In this document: in pieces, positions 24,252 through 32,601 of the stretch | Layout of the letters: every line of letters starts with the position of its first letter | Numbering within the stretch: position 1 is the stretch's first letter | DNA from: Limisphaerales bacterium | GTDB taxonomy: Bacteria > Verrucomicrobiota > Verrucomicrobiia > Limisphaerales > CAIMTB01 | Direction of reading: 5' to 3' | Length of the DNA stretch: 59,780 nt | NCBI GenBank assembly: GCA_046155815.1 | Contig: JBJXFY010000021.1 | Coordinates: 1-59,780, forward strand | The notes under the pieces: model-generated | The model's input: only the letters and a program-made list of their open reading frames with translations | What the model was told of the DNA's origin: nothing | The model's database searches: none | Translations under genes and position numbers: made by a program

Positions 24252-26189
24252 ATGCCCTACAGCCGACTTGCCGCCGACGTGAGCCAGCATCCCTTGGTGC
24301 CGCCGGGCGTGCTGGCCGCCCTGCTCGAGCGGCCCGCGCCGGCCGGCCGGCCGCTCAACCCGCACGACACGGAGTCCCTGAACCGGGTGCCGTGGCTGGA
24401 TCTGGTCGCACGCGCGCAGTCCGCCGGCCAGCTCAACGAGGAGCAGGCGCAGCGGCTGGTGGATGCGGACCGGGAGTTCACGATGCAGTTCGAGCGGCTG
24501 CGGCGGGACCTCCCGGAGGTGGCGGAGGTGACGGGCTGCGACGCGCTGTGCGTGGAGCGGCTGGCGCGGTCGCTCTTCGGCCTGCGGCTGCTGGGCGAGT
24601 ACCTCGAGGTGGCGCTGCCGCCGCAGGTCACCTACGAGCGCACGGCGCAGGGCACCGAGGACCTGCTCGAGGCGCTGGGCGCGGCGGTGCGGCGGCTGGT
24701 GGGCGGGGCGTGGTCCGTGCTGTTCCCGACGGGGGAGCTGAGCCTGGTGGCGGACGGCTCGGCGCAGTTCTGGGTGGCGTGCCTGCACAACCGCCGGCCG
24801 GACGAGATGGTGGCGGGCTTCATCGGCTACTTCCGCCGACCGCATGCCGACCGCTTCCGCGAATTGAACGGCTCCTACCAGCCCGACCGCCGGCTGCACG
24901 TGCGGGACGCCATCCGCGAGCACCTGGACACGGCGGGCGACCGGCTGAAGCAGCTCCGCGAGGCGGTGGCGGACGCGGTGAAGGAGGGGCCGGAGAAGAC
25001 CTTCCAGGAAATCTGCCGGCTGGCGGCGCGCCTTGAGCTGCATCCGGCGGCGCTGCAGTTCATCCACCACGCGGTGCGCGATGTGTGCGACGCGCTGGCC
25101 GGGCTGGACGGCCGCCTGAGCGCGCGGGAAAACCGCTTCGTGCAGTACCTGCTGCACCAGACCGGCCGGCAGGTGGAGGAATACGTCGCCCTGACCTCGG
25201 CGCGTCCCGAGCTGGCCGCGGACAACGTCACCGCCATCCTCGCGGAGCTGGACGCGCTGGTGGGCCTCGCGCCGGTCAAGGCCAAGGTGCGCGAGGCGGC
25301 GAACGTCGCGCGGCTCCAGCAGATGCGCGCCAGCCAGGGCCTCCCGCCCATCGCCACGAGCTACCACGCCGTCTTCACCGGCAATCCCGGCACCGGCAAG
25401 ACCACCGTCGCCCGCCTGCTCGGCCGCATCTACCGGGCGCTCGGCGTGCTGAAGAAGGGCCACCTGGTCGAGTGCGACCGCGCCGGCCTCGTGGCCGAGT
25501 ACCTCGGACAGACGGCGCACCGCACCAACGCGGCGGTGGACTCGGCGCTGGACGGCATCCTGTTCATTGACGAGGCCTACACGCTGGCAAAGGACCGCGA
25601 GGACTACGGCCGCGAGGCGATGGACACGCTGCTCAAGCGCATGGAGGATGAACGGGGGCGGCTGATCGTGGTGGTGGCGGGCTATCCGGCGGAGATGGAG
25701 CGCTTCATCAACTCGAACCCCGGCCTGCGCTCCCGCTTCAACCGCTACATCGACTTCCCGGACTACTCGCCGGCCGAGCTGGCGCGCATCTTCGCCTCCA
25801 TGTGCCGCCGGAGCGGGCTGCGGCTCGAGCCGGCGCTGCGCGAGCGGGTGCTGCGCTACTTCCACGTCGAGCACGCGCGGCGCGACCAGCATTTCGGCAA
25901 CGCGCGCCTCGCGCGGAACCTCTTCGAAGCCGTGGTCAGCGCGCAGGCCTCGCGGCTGGTGGACCTGGCCCAGCCCGCGCCGGACGCGCTCACGCTGCTG
26001 CACGCGCCGGACCTCGTGCTGGCCGTGGATGTGGAGAACGCGTTGCCGGACGTGGCATCCGCCGGCTGGGTGGTGAAATGCCCGAAATGCGCCACGCCCT
26101 ACGCCTGGTCCGCGGAACTCACGCTGACCGACGCTCAATGCACGAAGTGCGGCACGAACTACAACTGCGAGTTCGGCGAGCCGGCGTAA
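24252..26189 (+). CDS. AAA+ ATPase of the CbbX/SpoVK/EccA type with a ~340-aa unrecognised N-terminal region and C-terminal zinc-ribbon
   Basis: ORF 24252..26189. Walker A FTGNPGTGKTTVARLLG, Walker B GILFIDEAYTL, and GYPAEMERFINSNPGLRSRFNRYIDFPDY, typical of the CbbX/SpoVK clade. C-terminus VVKCPKCATPY...AQCTKCGTNYNCEF (4 Cys). Starts 25 nt after the tRNA 3' end. Confidence 0.8.
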   Translation: MPYSRLAADVSQHPLVPPGVLAALLERPAPAGRPLNPHDTESLNRVPWLDLVARAQSAGQLNEEQAQRLVDADREFTMQFERLRRDLPEVAEVTGCDALCVERLARSLFGLRLLGEYLEVALPPQVTYERTAQGTEDLLEALGAAVRRLVGGAWSVLFPTGELSLVADGSAQFWVACLHNRRPDEMVAGFIGYFRRPHADRFRELNGSYQPDRRLHVRDAIREHLDTAGDRLKQLREAVADAVKEGPEKTFQEICRLAARLELHPAALQFIHHAVRDVCDALAGLDGRLSARENRFVQYLLHQTGRQVEEYVALTSARPELAADNVTAILAELDALVGLAPVKAKVREAANVARLQQMRASQGLPPIATSYHAVFTGNPGTGKTTVARLLGRIYRALGVLKKGHLVECDRAGLVAEYLGQTAHRTNAAVDSALDGILFIDEAYTLAKDREDYGREAMDTLLKRMEDERGRLIVVVAGYPAEMERFINSNPGLRSRFNRYIDFPDYSPAELARIFASMCRRSGLRLEPALRERVLRYFHVEHARRDQHFGNARLARNLFEAVVSAQASRLVDLAQPAPDALTLLHAPDLVLAVDVENALPDVASAGWVVKCPKCATPYAWSAELTLTDAQCTKCGTNYNCEFGEPA

Positions 26190-26262
26190 CCCGTGGCGGC
26201 GACGCCCGCGTCGCCGAAGATGTCCGCGGCGCCCCGCCGCGGGAAGAAGCAGACCTCCGAAC

Positions 26263-26329
26263 GTAGGAGACGAGGTGAGGAGTCCCCAGCTTTCGAAGAA
26301 TGTCAAAGCCTCCTCACCCCGGCTCCTAC
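26263..26329. repeat. 20-bp-stem imperfect hairpin (GTAGGAGACGAGGTGAGGAG ... CTCCTCACCCCGGCTCCTAC), candidate terminator/REP
   Basis: Arms at 26263..26282 and 26310..26329, 18/20 complementary, 27-nt loop. Located ~75 nt after the AAA+ gene stop. No obvious T-tract follows. Confidence 0.55.
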
Positions 26330-26482
26330 AACCAGTGAATTCGGGCGACGGGGCGGCGCCGCCACGGCTGAAGAAAATTTCCCCTGGCGGCGTCAGGCCG
26401 GGAGTCGAAGCTTGGTCAAGCTGCCCGCCCGGTCGTGCCTTTCGGGTGGGACTTGAACTCCAATTTGATGCAGAGATCTGCC

Positions 26483-27205
26483 ATGAACTCTTTCCGCCAC
26501 CCGTCGTTCTGTTTCGCGCTCGTGCTCGCCGCCACGTCCGCCGGGCTGCCCGCCGCAGCCGTCTCCGTTCCCAACCATTCCTTCGAGGCGCCGGTCGTGC
26601 CGCAAGGCTTCCCGGCGCTCACGATCTTCGATTCCTGGCAGAAGGCACCGGCACCGGACGGGTTTCCGGCGGACCAGTGGGCGAACCTCTCCGGCATGTT
26701 CCCGAACGCGCCGGTCGGAGATCCGCGGCACCTCCAGAACGCGGACGGAAACCAGGTGGCGTTCCTCTTCCCCGTGCCGGGCGTGGCGGTCTCGCAGGAG
26801 CTCGGCTCGCTCTTCGAGGTCGGCCTGTCCTACGACCTGCGGATCGGGCTGCGCGGCGGCGGCGCGCTCACGCCCGGCGCCACCTTCCAGATCAGCCTTT
26901 TCTACAACGCCGGCGGCAGCCCGGTGACGGTGGCCTCAACCCAGGTCAGCGCCACGGCGGACTACGTCACCACCCCGGTGCTGTTCGAGATCGGGGCGCA
27001 GTCCCCCGTGGTGCAGGCGGGCGACGCCTGGGCCGGGAAGAACATCGGGGTGCGGTTGCTGGCCACGTCGGCCAACGGCGCGCCGGGCACCGCCTACTGG
27101 GAGGCGGACAACGTGCGGGTCACGGCGGTGCCAGAGCCGGGCACGCTGACGCTGCTGGGCCTCGGCGCGGCCGGAGGGTGGCTGTGGCGCCGCCGCCGGG
27201 CGTGA
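26483..27205 (+). CDS. PEP-CTERM-anchored secreted protein (beta-sandwich domain starting PNxSFE)
   Basis: ORF 26435..27205. ATG at 26483 gives MNSFRHPSFCFALVLAATSAGLPAAAVSVPNHSFE. C-terminus VPEPGTLTLLGLGAAGGWLWRRRRA is a canonical PEP-CTERM sorting signal. Confidence 0.8.
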   Translation: MNSFRHPSFCFALVLAATSAGLPAAAVSVPNHSFEAPVVPQGFPALTIFDSWQKAPAPDGFPADQWANLSGMFPNAPVGDPRHLQNADGNQVAFLFPVPGVAVSQELGSLFEVGLSYDLRIGLRGGGALTPGATFQISLFYNAGGSPVTVASTQVSATADYVTTPVLFEIGAQSPVVQAGDAWAGKNIGVRLLATSANGAPGTAYWEADNVRVTAVPEPGTLTLLGLGAAGGWLWRRRRA

Positions 27206-27249
27206 AGCCGTTTTCGCGGCCGGTCGGCCGCCGCGATTCCCCGCCCGAC

Positions 27250-28176
27250 GTGAACCGGCTGCGCATCCTCCTCCTGGCGGCCGGCATTTCATGCTGCGGC
27301 TGGCCGGGCGGATTGTTCGCCCAGCCGGTTCCGGTGCCGAACGGCTCCTTCGAGCTTCCGGCCACGCAGTTTGTGGATACACGGATGGACGCCTGGCAGG
27401 AGGCCCCCAAGCCGCCGGAATTTGACGAAGGCGGCGGCTTCCTCTGGGACCAGCTCACGGGCGTGTTCCGCAACACCCCGCCCGGATCACCCGACCACAT
27501 TGACAACTGCGACGGCCTCCAGGCCGCGTATTTCTTCGCCGTGCCCGGTGTCGGCTTCTTTCAGGATTACGACTCGGTGGACTGGAACGATCCGGAGCCT
27601 TCCCGCGCCTTCGACGCCCGGTTTGAGGCCGGCAAGTCCTACACGCTGACCTTCGGTGTCGTGGCCGGGGGCGGAAACATGCTGGAGGGCGTGTCCTTCG
27701 AGGCCGCGCTGTACTACCGCGACGGCAGCGGGACGAACCAGGCGGTCGTGTCGGCCACCAATGTAGTCTTCACCCGCGCCGCGTTCCCGACGCGCACCAC
27801 GCTGACGGAGGTCACGTTGCGGACGCCGTTCGTGCGGGCCGGAGATCCGTGGGCCGGACGGCACATCGGCATCCGCTTCCTGTCTACCGTCAGCGACGGG
27901 ATGAAGGGGGGCTACTGGGATCTGGACCACCTCCGCCTGGTCGCGGAGGGACCGGGCGAGATCACGCTCCGGACCGGGGTGATGGACGGCAAGCTGCAGG
28001 TGCGGTGGCCCTCGGTGGCCGGGTACCGGTACCAGCTTGAGCGCTCCACCGGGCTCGACACGTGGTCAGAGGAAGGCGCGGCGCAGCCGGGCACGGGCGG
28101 TGCGCTGGCGGCCGAGGTTCCGCTGGCCGGGCCGCCGCCGGCGTTCTTCCGCGTGCTCGCCACGCCGGGTACTTGA
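27250..28176 (+). CDS. secreted paralog of the preceding gene, with a C-terminal YxLE...W...FFRV module instead of PEP-CTERM
   Basis: 3' part of ORF 26275..28176. In-frame GTG at 27250 gives [37 protein letters not shown]. Collinear with the previous protein (DAWQEAPKP.., ..[32 protein letters not shown] versus ..GDAWAGKNIGVRLLAT..TAYWEADNVRVTAVPEP). Ends [25 protein letters not shown]...[12 protein letters not shown]. Confidence 0.7.
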   Translation: MNRLRILLLAAGISCCGWPGGLFAQPVPVPNGSFELPATQFVDTRMDAWQEAPKPPEFDEGGGFLWDQLTGVFRNTPPGSPDHIDNCDGLQAAYFFAVPGVGFFQDYDSVDWNDPEPSRAFDARFEAGKSYTLTFGVVAGGGNMLEGVSFEAALYYRDGSGTNQAVVSATNVVFTRAAFPTRTTLTEVTLRTPFVRAGDPWAGRHIGIRFLSTVSDGMKGGYWDLDHLRLVAEGPGEITLRTGVMDGKLQVRWPSVAGYRYQLERSTGLDTWSEEGAAQPGTGGALAAEVPLAGPPPAFFRVLATPGT

Positions 28177-28217
28177 GCTTCTGGCGCGTGGCCGGGAATG
28201 GGCGACATTGTCGGCGC

Positions 28218-29003
28218 ATGCGTGAGCCGCACCGCCGCCGCGGGGCCTTCACCCTCGTCGAGCTGCTCGTCGTGATCGCCATCGTGGCGCTGCTGGCGAG
28301 CCTGCTGCTGCCGGCGCTGGGCGCGGCCAAGGAAATGGGGCGCAGGGCGGCGTGCCTGTCCAACCTCCGGCAGGTCGGCCTCGCCATCCACACCTACGCC
28401 GGCGACTCGGACGGCCACATTCCCTACGGCCCGAAGGCGCCGCCTTTCACCAGCCCCGCCGAGCTGTATCCGGCCACCGGCACACCCACCAGCCTGCTCT
28501 CGCTGCGCAGCGGCGCGCCCGCAGGTCTCGGCCTGCTGCTGAAGGGGCACCTCGCGGCGCAGCCCCGCGTGCTCTTCTGCCCGGGCAGCGACCAGCCGCT
28601 GGACGCGCAGAAGGAACTGGCCAAGGTGGGCACCAATCAGGCGCAGGGCAGCTACTACTACCGGCATGGCGGCAAGACGGGACTCTTCGACGATCCGGCC
28701 GACACCGGGGCTCCGCGGAACATCCGGCTCGACGCGCTGGGCGAGAACCGCGCCGGGCTGCCCATCCGGGCGCTGGTCATGGACGCCAACTTCCTCTGCC
28801 CGCCGGACCTCGCCGCGTTCAACGTCCGGCCGCGCACGCACCACCGGCAGAAATTCGCCAACCTCCTCTTCTCGGACGGTCATGTGGAATCGCGCCGCAA
28901 CCTCGACTCGCGCTACACGGTGGACGTACGCGACTACGCGGAGATCCGGAACTCCTTTGACCGCATCCTGCGCGTGTTCGAGCTCGCGGACGCGGAACCG
29001 TGA
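28218..29003 (+). CDS. prepilin-type N-terminal cleavage/methylation domain protein (H-X9-DG type pseudopilin-like)
   Basis: ORF 28062..29003. ATG at 28218 gives [55 protein letters not shown]-terminal [17 protein letters not shown] matches the H-X9-DG motif. Confidence 0.85.
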   Translation: MREPHRRRGAFTLVELLVVIAIVALLASLLLPALGAAKEMGRRAACLSNLRQVGLAIHTYAGDSDGHIPYGPKAPPFTSPAELYPATGTPTSLLSLRSGAPAGLGLLLKGHLAAQPRVLFCPGSDQPLDAQKELAKVGTNQAQGSYYYRHGGKTGLFDDPADTGAPRNIRLDALGENRAGLPIRALVMDANFLCPPDLAAFNVRPRTHHRQKFANLLFSDGHVESRRNLDSRYTVDVRDYAEIRNSFDRILRVFELADAEP

Positions 29004-29063
29004 GGAGGCGGCTGCCCCGTGATTCCCCTGCGTCCTGCCAGGCGCCGCGCCGGGGATCAGGGG

Positions 29064-30413
29064 TCAAGGCGGCGGCTTCAGGCGGCCCACGACCCCTGAC
29101 GCCGATTCAGGCGAGATCGCCAGCCGGTAAAACGCGGGCGCCGCGGGAGGTGGCACATCGCCATGGACTTCCGGGCCGGGCGCGGCGGGAACCCTGCTTG
29201 AGATGAGGGACCAATTCATCAGGTCCGGCGTCCGCTCGACCGCGTAACGCCAGCCCGGCGCGGCGTTCCAGCGCAGGCGCGGGATCGCGGGCCGGCCCTC
29301 GAGGGTGAGCGTGAGTTCCGGCCAACCGGGCTCGGCGCTCCACACCGAAAAATCATGAAACACGCCACGCGCCCGGATGGAACCGCCGAACGGAGGAGCC
29401 TGCCCGGCATCGCTGTAACTCGCGATGGCGAACGCGTCCACGAGGAAGTCCTCGCCCGCCGGGAGCACGACATCGGCAATCTCGCCGGCCGGCGAGGTCC
29501 GCGTGCGCAACGTGCGCGTGGCGGCCGAGTAGCGCAGGGAAACGGAGTAGGTCCGGCCCGGTGTGAGTTCCTCGGGAAACGCGAAGGCCGGGAAGAAACG
29601 GCCCGCCTGCGAGACGATCACGGGGGAGATCGTCGCGCCGAATCCCGTGTCGGGAAACCAGTTCCACTCGACGAGGTTTGGCGAGGCCGTGGCCGTGCCG
29701 CGCAGGAAGCCGGGCGCGTCGGCCTCCGCCCGGCGCTGGAGGCCGAAGGCGATCTGGAACGGTCCCGGCCGGCCGGGATGCACGCCGCCGGACGCCAAAA
29801 TCAGGGTGAAGCTGGCCGTGAGCTGGAAATCATTCGTAGCGGTCAACGGCCGGGGCAGCGGGCGGCGGAAGTAGCTGTTCATGTTGCTCGAGTTCCAGGT
29901 CACTTCCAGATGGCCTGCGGCCGGCTGCCAGATGACAAAGTTGGTCTCGCCGGTGGCTTCCCAGCCCTGGGTGAACGGGTCGGTGCCGAAGGATTCCTCC
30001 CACCCAACGGAAGTCTGGGCGTGAGTCACCGGGACCAGAATGAGGAGGACAAGCGTGATCAGGAGTGTCTTCCAGGGGCAGTGTCGGCAGCCGGACTCGC
30101 AGCACCGGCCGCGGCGGAGCAGATAACGCACGGAGAAGACGAAGCGCCGGTCCGGATCAAGGTAGAAGTCGCGGCCGGCGACGGGCGGCGCGTCCGGGCC
30201 GAGTTCGAGGGCTTCAAGGCAGCGGCGGCAGAGACACCGGCCGCGGGCGTGCTCGGGCAGGTGGCGGAGGCGTTCGGCGGGAAGGGTCAATTCGCCGCAC
30301 CAGCACGGGCCCTTGTGCAGGCTGGTGCTGGCGAGCTGGCAACGGTTGGCTTCGCCGCAGATGGGACACTCGGCGGCACAGGCCCCGGTGCACGGGGCGA
30401 CATCTTGGTTCAT
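29064..30413 (-). CDS. fusion protein: Cys-rich CWC domain + DUF5522-like CCxxGCRHCP domain + TM/signal-like segment + exported domain + C-terminal YxVE...W...FYRL module
   Basis: ORF 29064..30650(-), ATG at 30413 (MNQDVAPCTGACAAECPICGEANRCQLASTSLHKGPCWCGE...CLCRRCLE). Then DFYLDPDRRFVFSVRYLLRRGRCCESGCRHCPW, directly followed in frame by KTLLITLVLLILVPVTHAQT and a ~240-aa domain. Ends LRWNAAPGWRYAVERTPDLMNWS...PAFYRLAISPE. Confidence 0.65.
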   Translation of the reverse strand: MNQDVAPCTGACAAECPICGEANRCQLASTSLHKGPCWCGELTLPAERLRHLPEHARGRCLCRRCLEALELGPDAPPVAGRDFYLDPDRRFVFSVRYLLRRGRCCESGCRHCPWKTLLITLVLLILVPVTHAQTSVGWEESFGTDPFTQGWEATGETNFVIWQPAAGHLEVTWNSSNMNSYFRRPLPRPLTATNDFQLTASFTLILASGGVHPGRPGPFQIAFGLQRRAEADAPGFLRGTATASPNLVEWNWFPDTGFGATISPVIVSQAGRFFPAFAFPEELTPGRTYSVSLRYSAATRTLRTRTSPAGEIADVVLPAGEDFLVDAFAIASYSDAGQAPPFGGSIRARGVFHDFSVWSAEPGWPELTLTLEGRPAIPRLRWNAAPGWRYAVERTPDLMNWSLISSRVPAAPGPEVHGDVPPPAAPAFYRLAISPESASGVVGRLKPPP

Positions 30414-30877
30414 GGACTCGCAACGGTCCGGGCGCACGCCGGCGTGGCGCTGCGAGACCAGGGAATCCGCACGGCCTGCGCCCGCGGTTGCCCGGCCGTG
30501 CGCGGCCCGGGCTGGCCTCATCCCGCCCTGCAACGGGGCGGCCCCGGCCCATCCGGGCCGGGCTGACGAGTCCTGCGCCGCCGGCATCCTGACTGCGGGC
30601 CTCCGCCCCCGCTTCCGCCTTCCCGGCCGCACGGACAGTGACTCGTGCAAGTTTGCAGCCCGTCACAGCGGCGTCACCGCCCCCGGTTCTCGCGGGGTTC
30701 CCCGACACGGCACAGGTTCCCGCCGGCAGCAGCGGCCGGCGGGGTCAAAGAACGGGCCGAGTGTGAGTCAGGCTGTGGTCTGGCCAAGCAGAAACCACGC
30801 GCCGCCCCGGCCATCGTCCCGCGGGACGGCCGCCCCGACCCGTTGCATTCGCGGCATCCGCAGATACGGTGCCGTCC

Positions 30878-32560
30878 ATGGCTGAGCCGAAGAAGAAATC
30901 CGGCCCGCCGGGAACGCCGGCCGACCCGGTGCCTCCGCTAGGCGACCTGCTATCGACCGAGGAAATGGAGCGCCTCTCCACGCTCCAACTGCTTGACCTC
31001 GTCGCCTCCAAGCTTCCGCCGCGCAGCAGCGGACTGCTCGACCTCGTCTATCTCCGGGAACGCGTGCAGGGCCTCGAGGAGATGAATGACCAGGCCCGTG
31101 CCGCGCTCGAGAAGTACGGCGAGATCGTTGAGAAGCTACGTTCGCCCGCCTTCCGCATCGGCACCTACCTCGCGCCCCTCGAGCCGGACCGCGCGCACGT
31201 CTGCGTCGGCGGCACGGACTACGTGTGCCGAGTGGACCCGGCCGTGCCGCTCTCCGGCCTCCAGCTCGGCCAGCGCGTGCTTTGCAACGAGGCCTTCGCC
31301 GTCGTGCAGGGGCTGGGCTTCGACCGGCAGGGGCCGATTGTCCGGGTGGACGAGATGCTGAGCGACGGCCGGCTGCGCATCGGCAACGAGGGCGGCGTCA
31401 CGCCGCTCGTGGTCCTGCGCTCCGCCCTGCTCTCGAAGGAGAAGCTCAAGCCCGGCATGGAAATCCGCCTTGATGTGAACCAGCGCGTCGCGCTCGAGGT
31501 GATCGGCGTCGGCAAGCGCGTCGAGCGCTCGCTCGAGAAGGTCCACGAGCTGCCCTGGTCCGCCATCGGCGGGCAGGAGGAGGCCGTGCAGGCCATCCGC
31601 GACACCATCGAGCTGCCGTTCCTGCACCGCGACCTGTTCAGAAAGTTCCAGCACACGGTGCCGAAGGGCTTCCTGCTCTACGGCCCGCCCGGCTGCGGCA
31701 AGACGCTGCTCGGCAAGGCGACGGCCTACAACCTGCGCCGCCAGATCCGCGAGGCGACGGGCGTGGATCATCCGGAATTCTTCCTCCATGTGAAGGGCCC
31801 CGAGATCCTCAACATGTGGGTCGGCGAGTCCGAGCGGCAGGTGCGCGACCTCTTCGCCCAGTGCCGCGAGCGCGCGCACGACGGCGCGCTGGCCTTCCTC
31901 TTCATGGACGAGGCGGAGGCGCTGCTCGGCACGCGGCGCGGCGGGCGGGTGCATTCCATGAGCAACACGCTCGTGCCGATGTTCTGCACGGAGATGGACG
32001 GCCTCGAACCGCTGCAGAACGTGGTGGTGATCCTCGCCTCGAACCGCGCGGACCTGATTGACCCCGCGATCCTCCGGCCCGGCCGCGTGGACCGGAAGAT
32101 CAAGGTCGTGCGGCCCACGAAGGCGGCGGCGCAACGCATCTACGAGATCTACCTGCCGGCGGACCTGCCGCTGGCCGAGCCGCGCGAGCAGCTCGCCGCC
32201 GCGGTGACGGAGGCGCATTTCGCGCGCGCGCCGGAGAACGAGTTCCTTGAGGCCGTGTACCGCAGCGGCCGGCGCGACCTGCTGTACCGCGGCGACCTGG
32301 CGAGCGGAGCGGTCATCGCGGCGATCGTCGAGCGGGCGAAGGACTTTGCCATCCACCGCGCCATCGCCGGCAGCGGTGAGACCGCCCTCACGCGCGACGA
32401 CCTGCTCGCCGCGCTGGCCAAGGAGTACGTCGAGAACGAACTCTTCCCGCCCACGGACAGCACCGAGGACTGGCTGAAGCTGACGGACTTCGACCCCGAG
32501 AACGTCGTGCGCCTCGGCCCGGTGAAGCCGCGGAAGGCGGGCGCGGGGGCGGCGGTTTGA
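30878..32560 (+). CDS. mpa: Mpa/ARC-type proteasome-associated AAA ATPase homolog
   Basis: ORF 30869..32560 (ATG at 30878). N-terminal coiled coil and an OB-like region. AAA module LPFLHRDLFRKFQHTVPKGFLLYGPPGCGKTLL...FLFMDEAEALLGTRR...ILASNRADLIDPAILRPGRVDRKIKV. Mpa-specific tail FLEAVYRSGRRDLLYRGDLASGAVIAAIVERAKDFAI...NELFPPTDSTEDWLKL, collinear with M. tuberculosis Mpa as recalled. Ends ...RKAGAGAAV, with no GQYL-type tail. Confidence 0.85.
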   Translation: MAEPKKKSGPPGTPADPVPPLGDLLSTEEMERLSTLQLLDLVASKLPPRSSGLLDLVYLRERVQGLEEMNDQARAALEKYGEIVEKLRSPAFRIGTYLAPLEPDRAHVCVGGTDYVCRVDPAVPLSGLQLGQRVLCNEAFAVVQGLGFDRQGPIVRVDEMLSDGRLRIGNEGGVTPLVVLRSALLSKEKLKPGMEIRLDVNQRVALEVIGVGKRVERSLEKVHELPWSAIGGQEEAVQAIRDTIELPFLHRDLFRKFQHTVPKGFLLYGPPGCGKTLLGKATAYNLRRQIREATGVDHPEFFLHVKGPEILNMWVGESERQVRDLFAQCRERAHDGALAFLFMDEAEALLGTRRGGRVHSMSNTLVPMFCTEMDGLEPLQNVVVILASNRADLIDPAILRPGRVDRKIKVVRPTKAAAQRIYEIYLPADLPLAEPREQLAAAVTEAHFARAPENEFLEAVYRSGRRDLLYRGDLASGAVIAAIVERAKDFAIHRAIAGSGETALTRDDLLAALAKEYVENELFPPTDSTEDWLKLTDFDPENVVRLGPVKPRKAGAGAAV

Positions 32561-32601
32561 CCGGCGGTTGCCGGTGTCCTCAGCCAACCCATGCTTGTGT
32601 C

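Noticed and set aside
26275-27249. N-terminal 325 aa of the 633-aa ORF 26275..28176
   Set aside because: This part overlaps the PEP-CTERM gene out of frame and is Arg/Gly-rich. The protein-like sequence begins only at the in-frame GTG at 27250, with a signal peptide ([12 protein letters not shown]...).
24140-30413. tRNA-Leu-linked genomic island or integrative element
   Set aside because: I saw no integrase, recombinase or transposase gene. I noticed no direct repeat of the tRNA 3' end downstream. Base composition looks like the rest of the window. The region is accessory-looking, but no mobile element can be supported.
30414-30650. N-terminal extension (79 aa) of ORF 29064..30650
   Set aside because: The extension is Arg/Ala/Gly-rich (MHESLSVRPGRRKRGRRPAVRM...). 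The Cys-rich CWC domain starts right after the ATG at 30413, which is taken as the start.
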